A DNA stretch of 64,000 nucleotides from contig CAXXLQ010000004.1 of assembly GCA_963668695.2 (NCBI GenBank), positions 1,184,001 to 1,248,000 of the forward strand, given 5' to 3'. A program made the position numbers and the translations under genes. Numbering within the stretch: position 1 is the first letter of the stretch; each line of letters begins with the position of its first letter. The stretch is from Vicinamibacteria bacterium (GTDB lineage: Bacteria > Acidobacteriota > Vicinamibacteria > Marinacidobacterales > Marinacidobacteraceae). Positions 30,127 to 39,653 of this stretch are shown piece by piece. The notes beneath the pieces were generated by a model. It searched no databases. It saw only the letters and a program-made list of their open reading frames with translations, and was not told the DNA's origin.

Positions 30127-31322
30127 ACTTCCGTCGGAACGCCGCCAGTTCTCCCGGTGGGGGCCTCCGAACGGAATCGCCCGCTACCGGCGGGCGAAAC
30201 CGCGTACGGCTGTCCGCCCGCGGGGCGCCGCTTTCCACCGAGGCTCCCGCGGAGTTCAACCAGGAGCTCCGCGCCTACGAGCAGGTCGCGAAGTTCCAGC
30301 GCTACCGGCTCGCGGAGGGCGCCGAGGAGGAGTTTGACGAGGACTTTGTCCTGAATCCGTGCGATCTGTCGCTGCTCGGTTCGTCCCGGGCCGCTGACCG
30401 CGAGCGGTTCAACCGGGACCTCGGCGAATCACTGGAGGACACCGGCTTTGCGATCCTCGCCGGACACGGGGTGGACCCGGCGCTCTACGCGGAGGCCCAC
30501 CGCCGGACGCGGGAGTTCTTCGAAAGCCACGCGCTTGAGGAGAAGCTCCGCTACCGGGCGCGCCGGCAGGGTTCGGTGAACCAGGGTTACTTCCCGATGC
30601 GGGAAACCACCATGATCCACCCGGATCTCGTGGAGGGCTGGGTCTTCTGCCGCCGGGCCTTCGATCTGGGGGAGGACCCGGACTGGGACGAGGCGGCGTT
30701 TTGGCCCTCGCCGGGGTGGGAGCCCTTCTTCCGGCGGGTGGTCCAGGCCCACGAGCGGCTGATCCACCCGATCATGCGGTCCGTTCTCTCGTACCTCGGC
30801 GAGGATCCCGCGCTCTTCGACGAGCGGCTCACCGCTACCAACTTCGGCTTCCGGCTGAACTACTACCCGGCGATGACCGACGTTCCGGAGGGGACCACCG
30901 GCAGGATGCTCGGTCACGAAGACGTGGACCTCTTCACCATCCTCCCCGCCGCCGAGACCGAGGGCCTGCAGCTCCTCCACCGCAAGACCATGAAGTGGGT
31001 GCGGGTGGCCGCCCCGCCGGGCACCATCGTGCTGAACACCGGCGACTACATGCAGCGGATCACGAACAACCGGCTGCCGTCCACCACCCACCGGGTGAGC
31101 GCGCCCCGCGACCCCGCCGCGCGGTCGCAACCGCGAACCTCGTTCCCGATGGCGATCTACGTCTGGGAGGACGACCTCCTCGAAGTTCTCCCGAACCAGG
31201 GCGCCCCGCACTACCCCCCGGTCCGTGCCGAGGACTTCCACACCCGCATCACGAGCAAGTACTACGGCGACAGCTACCACACGACCGGCGAAGAGGGCGC
31301 CGTCTCCCGCCGGGTGCGCTAA
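30123..31322 (+). CDS. 2OG-Fe(II) oxygenase, isopenicillin N synthase family; start uncertain
   Basis: GFAILAGHGV, RLNYYP, HED (HxD), GLQL, STTHRV, RTS. Confidence 0.88.
   Translation: MNFRRNAASSPGGGLRTESPATGGRNRVRLSARGAPLSTEAPAEFNQELRAYEQVAKFQRYRLAEGAEEEFDEDFVLNPCDLSLLGSSRAADRERFNRDLGESLEDTGFAILAGHGVDPALYAEAHRRTREFFESHALEEKLRYRARRQGSVNQGYFPMRETTMIHPDLVEGWVFCRRAFDLGEDPDWDEAAFWPSPGWEPFFRRVVQAHERLIHPIMRSVLSYLGEDPALFDERLTATNFGFRLNYYPAMTDVPEGTTGRMLGHEDVDLFTILPAAETEGLQLLHRKTMKWVRVAAPPGTIVLNTGDYMQRITNNRLPSTTHRVSAPRDPAARSQPRTSFPMAIYVWEDDLLEVLPNQGAPHYPPVRAEDFHTRITSKYYGDSYHTTGEEGAVSRRVR
30136..30203 (+). repeat. REP-like unit with inverted 19-nt insert (30145-30163)
   Basis: GGAACGCCG[insert]CCTCCGAACGGAATCGCCCGC...GGCGGGCGAAAC, parallel to 23024-23095. 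Confidence 0.65.
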
Positions 31323-31339
31323 CCCGCCCGGAGCACCAG

Positions 31340-34102
31340 ATGCGCGCGGCAAATTCCGGACGGTTGACGCCGGGGGTAGCCGGCCAGGTTTCAACCCGCC
31401 AACTTCCGAAGTGGGCCGCCATTCTGCCCCCGCTGGTGTTCGCCCTTGCAATTCCGGTCGCCGCGACCCCTCAGGAAGATCCCTCGGCGGCAGGCTCCCG
31501 GATTCACCGATCGATTCCTCCCCCGGGCGCCACGACGCACCTGGTGGTTCCCGGAGAAAGGTTCCGGGCCAGCCCGTCCGAACGTTGGTTCTACGGCGAC
31601 AACTATCGGGATCTCTGGACCACACCCATCGAGGTTGCGGTCCTCGACCTCGATAGCGTCGGGGGCGGTTTGACGCCGCTTCGGACCGGCGGGTTCGGGC
31701 AGTCCATCTCGCTTCACTTCACCGGGGAAGACGGCCGCCGCTACACGGTTCGCTCTCTCGACAAAGACCCCACCAAGAGGTTGGAGGACGAAATCAAGAA
31801 CACGATCGTGGGTGAAGTTCTTCAGGATCTGATCAGCACGCTGCTGCCAACCGCGTCGCTGGTGGTCGATCCGCTCATGGAGGCCACCGGCATCCTCCAT
31901 TCGAAGCACACGCTCGTGGTGATTCCGGACGATCCCAGGCTCGGGGAATACCGCGAGGATTTTGCCGGCCTGATCGGGACGCTGCAGGAACATCCCTCCG
32001 AAGGTCCCGACGATACCCCCGGATTCGCCGGCTCCCGCAAGATCAGCGGGACGGAGACCGTGTGGGAGGACGTGGAAGAGGGTCGTTGCGACCGCGTTGA
32101 TGCCCGAGCCTTTCTCAAGGCGCGACTGATGGACTTTCTCATCAACGACAAGGACCGCCATCCCGGCCAATGGAGATGGGCGCGTTTTCCCGATGGAGAT
32201 TGCTACATCTGGCTCCCGATCCCGGAGGATCGCGACCAGGCCTTCATCCATTACGGCGGGGTCGCCATGATGCTCGTGCGCAGGGCGCTCCCGAGGGCGA
32301 TCAAGTTTGACGACAGGTATCCGGATCTGCTCGGCCTGACGATGACCGGTTGGGAGCTGGATCGGGAGTTTCTGGTCGCACTCGACAAGCCCGCCTGGGA
32401 CGAGGTCGTTCAGGCGTTTCGTACGGAACTCCCGGATCCGGTGATCGAAGCCGCCGTCCGACGGCTTCCGGCGCCGTACTACGAGCTTGTCGGGGAAACC
32501 CTCGTGAAGGCGCTCAAGGCGAGGCGCGACGCGCTGCCGGACTTCGTCACTCGATACTACGAACTGATCACGCGCCAGGCCGAAATCCACGCGACCGACG
32601 AGGACGAATACGTCCACGCCGAGCACCTGCCGAACGGGGACCTCGTGGTCCGTATCGGTCTTGTCGAGGGCCCCGATGGCGAGCGCGAGCCACCCTATTT
32701 CGAGCGGACCTTCCGGCACGACGAGACCCGGGAAGCCCGGATCTACCTCCGGGGCGGAAGCGACCGCGCGGAGATATCGGGGGCAGAGGGCCGGATCTCC
32801 GTACGCATCGACGGCGGAGGTGGGAGTGACGCGTTCACCAACGCATCCGAAACGGGCGCCTCAAAGACCCATTTCTATGATTTTCGCGGGAAGAATCTGT
32901 TCGTCAAGGGCAAGGGAGCAAGCATCGATGAACGGCGCTATCAGCGTCCCTCCGCTTCGGTCGTTTGGTCGAGGTACGCCTTTGATTGGGGCATGGAGCG
33001 GAGCACCCGCCCGATCCTCTGGGCAGACCCCGATCTTGGCGTGTTCGCGCGAGTGCTCCACAGCCGGAAGTACTTCGGTTTTCGCAAGGATCCGTTCGCC
33101 ACCCGGCATTTGTTCGATGTCGGGCTGGCCAGTAACGGCCTCAAACCCTTTGTGGCGTATACCGGCATCTTTCGTCAGGTAAGGCCCAACATGGACGCGA
33201 GACTAGCCCTCGAATACTCGGGAGTCGAGGTGACCGGCTTCAAGGGCTTCGGCAATGACTTTCGGCTTGAGCATCCGTCCTCCTTCTACCGGGTGGAGCA
33301 AACCCAGTTCGTTTTCGCACCGGCCCTTGAGTTTCGAACGGGGGTGCAGGATGGGGATGCGTCCGGAGATGGGACAAAACCACTGCGCTCGGAACTGGCG
33401 ATCCGCCTGGGGCCGGTCGTCAAGTGGTCGAATACGCCCCTGGATTCGAACGAGGGCTATTTCATCGGTTCTCTCGACTACCCCTTGTACGGGTTGGGCT
33501 TCTTCGGTCAGATAGGAGCCCGGGGCGAAATCGAGTACGACAGCCGCGACAATCCGGTGTACGCCACGCGCGGGTTCTTCGCCCGGGTTACCGCGGCCGG
33601 CTATCCGGGGGCATGGGATGTGGAGTCAGCCTTCGGCAGCGTGCATGGAGAGGCGCGCACGTACCTGACGGCTCGCGTCCCGACCAACCCGACCCTGGCC
33701 CTGAGGGTGGGTGGGAAAAAGGTGTGGGGGACCTATCCCTTTCACGAGAGCGCTTTTCTGGGCGGTCCCGGCCGGGTCGGCCTGGGCCCATCCGAGGGCC
33801 CGCTGCGCGGGTTCCAGAAGAACCGTTTTGCGGGAGACGCTTCGCTCTATGCGAACGCCGAACTGCGGCTGGCGCTGGCCAGCATCAAGGTGCTGGTGCC
33901 CGGAGAGTTCGGTTTGTTCGGGGCGGCTGATGTCGGTAAGGTGTTCTTCGCTGGCGATCCGGCCGATGCCGATGAATGGCACAACGGGAACGGCGGTGGA
34001 TTCTGGCTGTCGTTCCTCGAGCGCCGAACGACCTTGAGCGTTGCCGTCATGAAGGGCCGTGACCTGACGGGCGTGTATTTTCGTGTCGGCTACATGTTCT
34101 AG
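31340..34102 (+). CDS. Omp85/BamA-family outer-membrane protein with N-terminal atypical kinase-like domain
   Basis: GGFGQS, DFLINDKDRHPGQW and EDRDQAF in the N-terminal half; YDSRDN, LRGFQKNRFAG and GYMF in the barrel. Confidence 0.8.
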   Translation: MRAANSGRLTPGVAGQVSTRQLPKWAAILPPLVFALAIPVAATPQEDPSAAGSRIHRSIPPPGATTHLVVPGERFRASPSERWFYGDNYRDLWTTPIEVAVLDLDSVGGGLTPLRTGGFGQSISLHFTGEDGRRYTVRSLDKDPTKRLEDEIKNTIVGEVLQDLISTLLPTASLVVDPLMEATGILHSKHTLVVIPDDPRLGEYREDFAGLIGTLQEHPSEGPDDTPGFAGSRKISGTETVWEDVEEGRCDRVDARAFLKARLMDFLINDKDRHPGQWRWARFPDGDCYIWLPIPEDRDQAFIHYGGVAMMLVRRALPRAIKFDDRYPDLLGLTMTGWELDREFLVALDKPAWDEVVQAFRTELPDPVIEAAVRRLPAPYYELVGETLVKALKARRDALPDFVTRYYELITRQAEIHATDEDEYVHAEHLPNGDLVVRIGLVEGPDGEREPPYFERTFRHDETREARIYLRGGSDRAEISGAEGRISVRIDGGGGSDAFTNASETGASKTHFYDFRGKNLFVKGKGASIDERRYQRPSASVVWSRYAFDWGMERSTRPILWADPDLGVFARVLHSRKYFGFRKDPFATRHLFDVGLASNGLKPFVAYTGIFRQVRPNMDARLALEYSGVEVTGFKGFGNDFRLEHPSSFYRVEQTQFVFAPALEFRTGVQDGDASGDGTKPLRSELAIRLGPVVKWSNTPLDSNEGYFIGSLDYPLYGLGFFGQIGARGEIEYDSRDNPVYATRGFFARVTAAGYPGAWDVESAFGSVHGEARTYLTARVPTNPTLALRVGGKKVWGTYPFHESAFLGGPGRVGLGPSEGPLRGFQKNRFAGDASLYANAELRLALASIKVLVPGEFGLFGAADVGKVFFAGDPADADEWHNGNGGGFWLSFLERRTTLSVAVMKGRDLTGVYFRVGYMF

Positions 34103-34120
34103 CGAAGAAGGAGACAACCC

Positions 34121-34846
34121 ATGCTCAGGAACATCATCGTCCGTCTCGTGCTCTACTATCTTTCCGGGCTCGGGTTTCTTGCTGGCGCGTTCCATTTCTT
34201 CCCACGAGTCAGCTATTACATTTCTCAGGAGCGGGACCGCTTCTTTATGGGAACACTGGCCGACGCCGGCGCGGATGTTTCGGCTTTGCTGAAGGATATA
34301 CAGGAGGGACTCGGCCAGTTAGGTGATCAAGAGGGAGTCAACCTGTTGATTGACCCATCACAAATGGTCCCGGTGGTCGTCGCGCTGATCCTCGCCTTCG
34401 GCCTGACGCTGCCGATTACCTGGGTATATCGCTGGACCCATCAGCGAAAGAAATACAGCCAATCGTTCACTCAGACGCTGCTCGTGATACCGATCGCCAT
34501 CGCGCTCGTTGTATTCCTGGTCAAAGGCAGTCTCGCGCTCGCCTTCGGTCTCGCGGGGATCGTGGCCGCCGTTCGTTTCCGGGCCTCGCTCTCTGAACCG
34601 ATGGACGCCGTCTATATGTTGATGGCCATTGGGATCGGATTGGCGGCCGGCACCCAGCTTACGACCGTGGCCTACCTTGCATCGGTGATTTTCGTTGTGA
34701 TAACGCTGGGGGTGTGGAAGAGCAATTTCGGAGCGAAGCCGGCCGTCTTGTCCGGGTGGAGCATCGTTCCGCCGGAAGTACTGGCGCTGGCGCCGGAGAC
34801 GCCCGCCAAGCCCAAAGCGGCGAAGAAACACCGAGACGCGACGTAA
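34121..34846 (+). CDS. DUF4956 membrane protein
   Basis: SLALAFGLAGIVAAVRFR...DAVYMLMAIGIGLAAG. Confidence 0.85.
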   Translation: MLRNIIVRLVLYYLSGLGFLAGAFHFFPRVSYYISQERDRFFMGTLADAGADVSALLKDIQEGLGQLGDQEGVNLLIDPSQMVPVVVALILAFGLTLPITWVYRWTHQRKKYSQSFTQTLLVIPIAIALVVFLVKGSLALAFGLAGIVAAVRFRASLSEPMDAVYMLMAIGIGLAAGTQLTTVAYLASVIFVVITLGVWKSNFGAKPAVLSGWSIVPPEVLALAPETPAKPKAAKKHRDAT

Positions 34847-34896
34847 GGATCCACAGCGACAGAGCTGTAGCGGCAGAACCACGGAGGCTGCTCGGA

Positions 34897-35844
34897 TTGC
34901 GTTTTCTCTTCGGGGTTATCTCCTGTCTGCTGTTGTTGACCTGGATTGATTCCGAAGGAACGGCAGAAGGAGTCCCATCAGGATCCCCAGCCGAGATCGG
35001 CGTGGCCCGGACTCCGCCGGACCACAGCGAGGTGTCGCGAATACGTCAGAGCGGAGTCTCCCTCGATGACTATGGACTGCGGGCCGGGAGCGCGATGCAT
35101 TGGGCACTCCCACGGCGGCTCCAGGAGATCTCCGGTCTGGCAATGACGAGCGACCACCGGCTGTTGGCGCACAACGACGAAGTCGGTGTCGTCTTCGAGA
35201 TCGACTATCGGGACGGGTCGATCGTGAAGGAATTTCAACTGGCGGACATGGCGGACCCGGTCGCCGATGACTTCGAGGGCATTGCGGTGGCCGACGGCCG
35301 GATCTACCTGGTCACCAGTGCAGGCAGGCTCTACGAATGTCGCGAGGGGGATGCCGGGGAGTCCGTGCTCTTCCGTGTCCATGCCACCGGCGTCGGCCGC
35401 GACTGTGAAATAGAGGGCTTGACGTATGACGCAGGCCGACGAGAGCTCTTGCTGATGTGCAAGGACGCGCGTAGTGAGGACCTTGCAGGGCGTTTGGCGA
35501 TGTACCGCTGGTCCGTCGACGAACAACGGCTGAGCGCCGATCCGCCCACCGTATTGCCTGTCCGTGACTTCGCTCGGCGCATCGGGTCAAACCGTTACTG
35601 GCCATCGGGAATCGAACGACACCCGGCGTCCGGGAACTACTTCGTGGTAGCGGCTCGTCAAGGCGCCATCGCGGAGATGACACCGGCCGGTGAGGTCTTG
35701 GCCGCGAGGCGGTTCACCGCCGGGTGGCATCGTCAGGTCGAAGGGATTGCTTTCGCCGCAGACGGCGCTCTGATCGTTGCCGATGAGGGAGGCGGGGGAA
35801 GAGCGAGCCTGACCGTCTATCCGGGACCGGGGAGTCGCGACTAG
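34897..35844 (+). CDS. SdiA-regulated / YjiK-like exported beta-propeller protein
   Basis: TTG after GGAGG; repeated EISGLA, DFEGIA, EIEGLT, PSGIE, QVEGIAF...VADEG. Confidence 0.75.
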   Translation: MRFLFGVISCLLLLTWIDSEGTAEGVPSGSPAEIGVARTPPDHSEVSRIRQSGVSLDDYGLRAGSAMHWALPRRLQEISGLAMTSDHRLLAHNDEVGVVFEIDYRDGSIVKEFQLADMADPVADDFEGIAVADGRIYLVTSAGRLYECREGDAGESVLFRVHATGVGRDCEIEGLTYDAGRRELLLMCKDARSEDLAGRLAMYRWSVDEQRLSADPPTVLPVRDFARRIGSNRYWPSGIERHPASGNYFVVAARQGAIAEMTPAGEVLAARRFTAGWHRQVEGIAFAADGALIVADEGGGGRASLTVYPGPGSRD

Positions 35845-35931
35845 CAGCGAAGCGGCGTGGTTCGGGCGGGATGCATCGCCGGCCGAGCCCCCACCGGGAG
35901 AACTGGGCCGCGTGGGTTTTGCCACAGGCTG
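35845..35931. mobile_element. Internally deleted MITE copy with 19-nt insert (35888-35906)
   Basis: CTAG|CAG...GCCACAGGCTG|CTAA. Confidence 0.7.
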
Positions 35932-35965
35932 CTAACGGCGCGGTGCTCCGCGCGAGCTGAACCGT

Positions 35966-37135
35966 ATGCGGATACGCTCGATCTCGGCGGCGTCTCGCGG
36001 CGTTGTCGTCGTGGGAGCTTTGCGAACCATTCTGGTGCTCGCCATGGTGGCCGGCGCCAGCGGGATCGGGACCGGAGCCTCCACCGGGAGAACCGGCGAT
36101 CCGGCTTCCGGTGTGCACCGCCCGGACGCGGGGCCGGCGGCGCGGTTCATCCTCGTCGGAGACACCGGTACCGGCGATGCCCGCGCCCAAAGAATCGCGG
36201 CTGAGATCCGCCGCCGGGCTGAGGCGGTGGCCGTGTCCCACGTCTTTCTGCTGGGAGACAATGTGTATAAACACGGCGAGGCGCAGTGGATCGCCCCACG
36301 GTTTCTTGACGTGTACCGCGGGGTCTTTTCCCTCGGGGTGAGGATTCACGCAGCGCTTGGCAACCATGACGTGGAACACTGCCGGGACTCGGGGCGGAGG
36401 CCCGTTCCCCGGGATGAATCCGCCTACGAGCTGTCGCGCCGGTGCGAAGTCGATGCCCACCTGGCGACGCCCGAATTCGGCTATCGAGACCGCTTCCGCT
36501 ACTACTCGATCGAGATTCCGGGGTCCCAGCCAGATCGGCGCAGAGACGGGAGCGGGGATCAGGGCCGCCCGCGATCACCGCAACCGCTGGTCGAGGTGTT
36601 CGTGCTGGATTCCAATACGCTCGGAAAAACACAGACGAAGCTCGAGCACGGCTCGGATGAACCGCAACTCCGCTGGCTTGCCGAGGCGCTCGGTCGTTCC
36701 ACGGCACGGTGGAAGGTCATCGCGATGCACCACCCGGTGTACACACCCAAGCGATGCAAGTGGCTCCGATTCGGATGCCGCGGTGAGGACGGCGCGCTCA
36801 GTGCCGAGCTTGAGCCGATCTTCCGGGACTTCGGGGTGGATGTCGTCTTCCAGGGCCACCAGCACCTGTACGCGCGGCTCAAGCCACAGCGCGGCATCCG
36901 GTTCTTCGTGACGGGCGCCGGAGGAAAGAAGGCTGATTCCGCTCGGGACGACGAACGTACCGTGCCGCGTGAGGACCGGGGCGACTTCAACCACTTCGTG
37001 TACGTGCGCGCGACCGAGGATCGTTTCGGCTACTGCGTCATTGACGCGGAGGGGGATGTTCGGGATAGCGGAAGCTTCGCGCGTCGTGCCATCACCGATG
37101 AGGAACTCGAAGACGCCGCCTGTTCGGCGTCCTGA
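35966..37135 (+). CDS. Exported calcineurin-like metallophosphoesterase
   Basis: GDTG, LGDNVY, LGNHD, MHHP, GHQH motifs. Confidence 0.9.
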   Translation: MRIRSISAASRGVVVVGALRTILVLAMVAGASGIGTGASTGRTGDPASGVHRPDAGPAARFILVGDTGTGDARAQRIAAEIRRRAEAVAVSHVFLLGDNVYKHGEAQWIAPRFLDVYRGVFSLGVRIHAALGNHDVEHCRDSGRRPVPRDESAYELSRRCEVDAHLATPEFGYRDRFRYYSIEIPGSQPDRRRDGSGDQGRPRSPQPLVEVFVLDSNTLGKTQTKLEHGSDEPQLRWLAEALGRSTARWKVIAMHHPVYTPKRCKWLRFGCRGEDGALSAELEPIFRDFGVDVVFQGHQHLYARLKPQRGIRFFVTGAGGKKADSARDDERTVPREDRGDFNHFVYVRATEDRFGYCVIDAEGDVRDSGSFARRAITDEELEDAACSAS

Positions 37136-37276
37136 CCCCCGAATCAGGACGGTCCCCCGGCAGGGTCGGAGCCCAACGGAGGAGGTGCGAACTCGGCGGG
37201 CGTCCGGCCGCTGCCTTCGCGCCTCACCTACCCGCAGGATGCCTTGAAGCACCCGCCTACCAGGCGAGCGTTACCG

Positions 37277-38305
37277 TCAGACCCCGCACTCGTTGCCACC
37301 ACAGTCGCACTGCTGGGTGCGGCCGCCGAATGCCAACGCGGGTGCTGCTGCGAACCAACCCCACAGGATTGTTGCAGCCGCCGCAAGCGGCCGGCGTGCC
37401 GCCAATCGCCGTTGCCAGGACCCGCCGTATCCGCCGCTGTGCTCTGCGGCCTCGATGGCGCGTCCGGCTTGTCCTGCGAGCTGATCGCAGAGGATATTCT
37501 CAACCACCTCGCGGTGACGCTGCAATGGCAGCCTTTCCACCAGCGCCCTAGTCCGCTTCAGCGCCGCCTTCAAGTCCCGGTGGGCGCTCCGCAGTCGTGC
37601 CGGGGCCACTGCGCCGCTTTCCAGACACGGATTGAAGTTTCCGTGGTGGCGATCCTGATGCAGATCCTCCAGAGCGTCCGTCAGGTAGATCACCTGTCCC
37701 ACTGCGAAACCCAATGCTTGCAGATTGTTGCGGCCCGCCTCGGTCCGGATCTCCGGAATGGCCTCCGGTAGATCAGCCACCGCCGCGAAGATCATGCCGA
37801 GCGCCAAGGAGGTCGGTTCCGCCGCCGCGGCCGGAGTCGGGTGGCCAGCCTCGGTCTTCTTCTGGCGGAACTCGAACCCTTCCAGAGCCCGAAGGTCTAT
37901 TCCGAAACCCTCCAGAAGACGCTGTGCTCGGGCCACCGGAGCCCGCAGCAGCGGTCGCGCCAAGCGGGGAAAGCGCCGTCCGTCCATTGCCCGGTCGGCG
38001 AGCCACTGGTCCCCTAGAAGGACCTGGACGGCGCCACCGTAGAGCATGGCCGGGGTGTCGTGTTCCACCGCCGCCTTATGGCGAGTCGGTACCAGGGGGC
38101 ACCGGTAGCTGGCCTGCGCCGCCTCCTTGTCGGAGAAAGCGTCGGCCAGCACGGCCATGAACACGGCATCGTTGCTTAGCGTGGCCCGGAGCGGCTGTCC
38201 GAATTGGCTCCCCAGCGTCTTGCACATTCCGCAGTAGAAGCGTGAGTGTTCCACCTTCAACGCCTCATCGACATTGCTTCGGTCCAATTTCAATGTTCCG
38301 AACAT
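37277..38305 (-). CDS. DUF5685-family protein
   Basis: MFG...FYCGMCKTLG...LSNDAVF...YLTDALEDLHQD..GNFNP; short Cys-rich end. Confidence 0.75.
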   Translation of the reverse strand: MFGTLKLDRSNVDEALKVEHSRFYCGMCKTLGSQFGQPLRATLSNDAVFMAVLADAFSDKEAAQASYRCPLVPTRHKAAVEHDTPAMLYGGAVQVLLGDQWLADRAMDGRRFPRLARPLLRAPVARAQRLLEGFGIDLRALEGFEFRQKKTEAGHPTPAAAAEPTSLALGMIFAAVADLPEAIPEIRTEAGRNNLQALGFAVGQVIYLTDALEDLHQDRHHGNFNPCLESGAVAPARLRSAHRDLKAALKRTRALVERLPLQRHREVVENILCDQLAGQAGRAIEAAEHSGGYGGSWQRRLAARRPLAAAATILWGWFAAAPALAFGGRTQQCDCGGNECGV

Positions 38306-39522
38306 GATCTCTCCTCTCTGGTGCTCTCCAGAATGAACTTTGTCCAGCCGTGCGGATCATGGAGAAGAGGCCGCACTTGCTGGTGGCTGGCGGAACGCTG
38401 GCAAGCGGGGTGTTGCAGATAGCGCCACAGCAAAAAGCCATGGATCCACTCCAGGATTGGCCCTACCTGACCAAGGTCCGCTAGCGGCGCGAGCAAGCTG
38501 CGTCGCTGCTCCAGCGCGGGCAAGCATGCCAGATCCGCCCCCGAGTTGGCATAGAGCGCGTAGAGCGCGCCGCTGTCCCTGCGCGCTACGGCCGCCAGGA
38601 ACGTCTCCGGATTATTCTGGTAGGCGTAGTGGCCGGGAACGCTGCAGACGAGCCCATCCTGGGTGTCCTTGTCCAGGTCCGCGAGCGCGTCGGCCTGCTG
38701 GATGAACTGTCCCCACGCGAAGAAAGCTTCTTCCTCGGCGGCTTGGAGCGATCGTGCGGCGTCTGCCGGGAGGGTTCCCACGAGCGTGATCATCAACAGC
38801 CAGGCGCCACTGATGTCGCGCGTGGCCCGGGACACCTGTTGCCGCGGAACTTTGCCGGGGTGTCTACTCAAGATGCTCACCCCGCGCGCTTGAATTTCCC
38901 ATCCCAGCGCGATGACCGAAACCAGGTGTCTCAGGCGGCTCGGGTCTCCGCTCAGCGCTTCCAGCCGCTGCCCTAGCGCCGCCGCCAGCAGGCAACGCGT
39001 TTCCTGGGTGGCCGGGGTGCCCGTTCGGACAGAGGCCAGCGTCGGTGCGAGGCGAGTCCGCACTCGATCGGCGACGACCTCTGTCTCGGTAATCATTCCG
39101 CCGTGGAATGCGGCGCTGTCGATCACCTGATCGTCGATTTTGGTAAGCAGTGACAACATGACGGCCGCGGTTCCAACATCCGTTGCATGCAAACGCCCGC
39201 CGAGCGCCCGGTACGCTTCCAGGCCCAACGCGGCCAGTGCCGCACACAACACTCGGCTACGTGGTGAAACGGTGCCACTGGGATCGGCGGCAGCGACGAG
39301 GGGTTCACAGTGGTTCAGGTGAACGCGCCCGGCACGAAGGAGTTCAGGCCCGAGGGGCAGCGCCGACACCGTGTGCACACTAGCGGAGCAAACGTACCAT
39401 GTGGATGCCCCGTTCTCGAAGGACACGCAAAACTGGGACCTGTCCCCCGGATGGGCCCTCGGTGCTCGTGCCACTTCGTTCACGGGCTGCCCGGACGTCC
39501 GAGCGGTCGGCGCCGTGCTCAA
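38290..39522 (-). CDS. Putative class I isoprenoid-synthase-fold protein; start uncertain
   Basis: Acidic motifs KIDDQVID and IQQADALADLDKDTQDG in a helical protein; overlaps the DUF5685 start. Confidence 0.5.
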   Translation of the reverse strand: MSTAPTARTSGQPVNEVARAPRAHPGDRSQFCVSFENGASTWYVCSASVHTVSALPLGPELLRAGRVHLNHCEPLVAAADPSGTVSPRSRVLCAALAALGLEAYRALGGRLHATDVGTAAVMLSLLTKIDDQVIDSAAFHGGMITETEVVADRVRTRLAPTLASVRTGTPATQETRCLLAAALGQRLEALSGDPSRLRHLVSVIALGWEIQARGVSILSRHPGKVPRQQVSRATRDISGAWLLMITLVGTLPADAARSLQAAEEEAFFAWGQFIQQADALADLDKDTQDGLVCSVPGHYAYQNNPETFLAAVARRDSGALYALYANSGADLACLPALEQRRSLLAPLADLGQVGPILEWIHGFLLWRYLQHPACQRSASHQQVRPLLHDPHGWTKFILESTREERSCSEH

Positions 39523-39653
39523 CGACGCCGTAGACGCGGCTGCGTGACAGGCTTTGAGCCCAGGTGTGGTGTGATCGGTAACATGAGGGTCATCGCGGGA
39601 GCGCCGATGGGTGGCGGCGAGTTCCTGGTCGGCGTGGAACCCGCGGAATCCCC

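Noticed and set aside
30701-31339. 5' extensions of track ORFs (also 13309, 6573, 18125, 28576, and minus-strand 17011)
   Set aside because: They overlap other genes or repeats; better starts lie downstream, most with an RBS or signal peptide.
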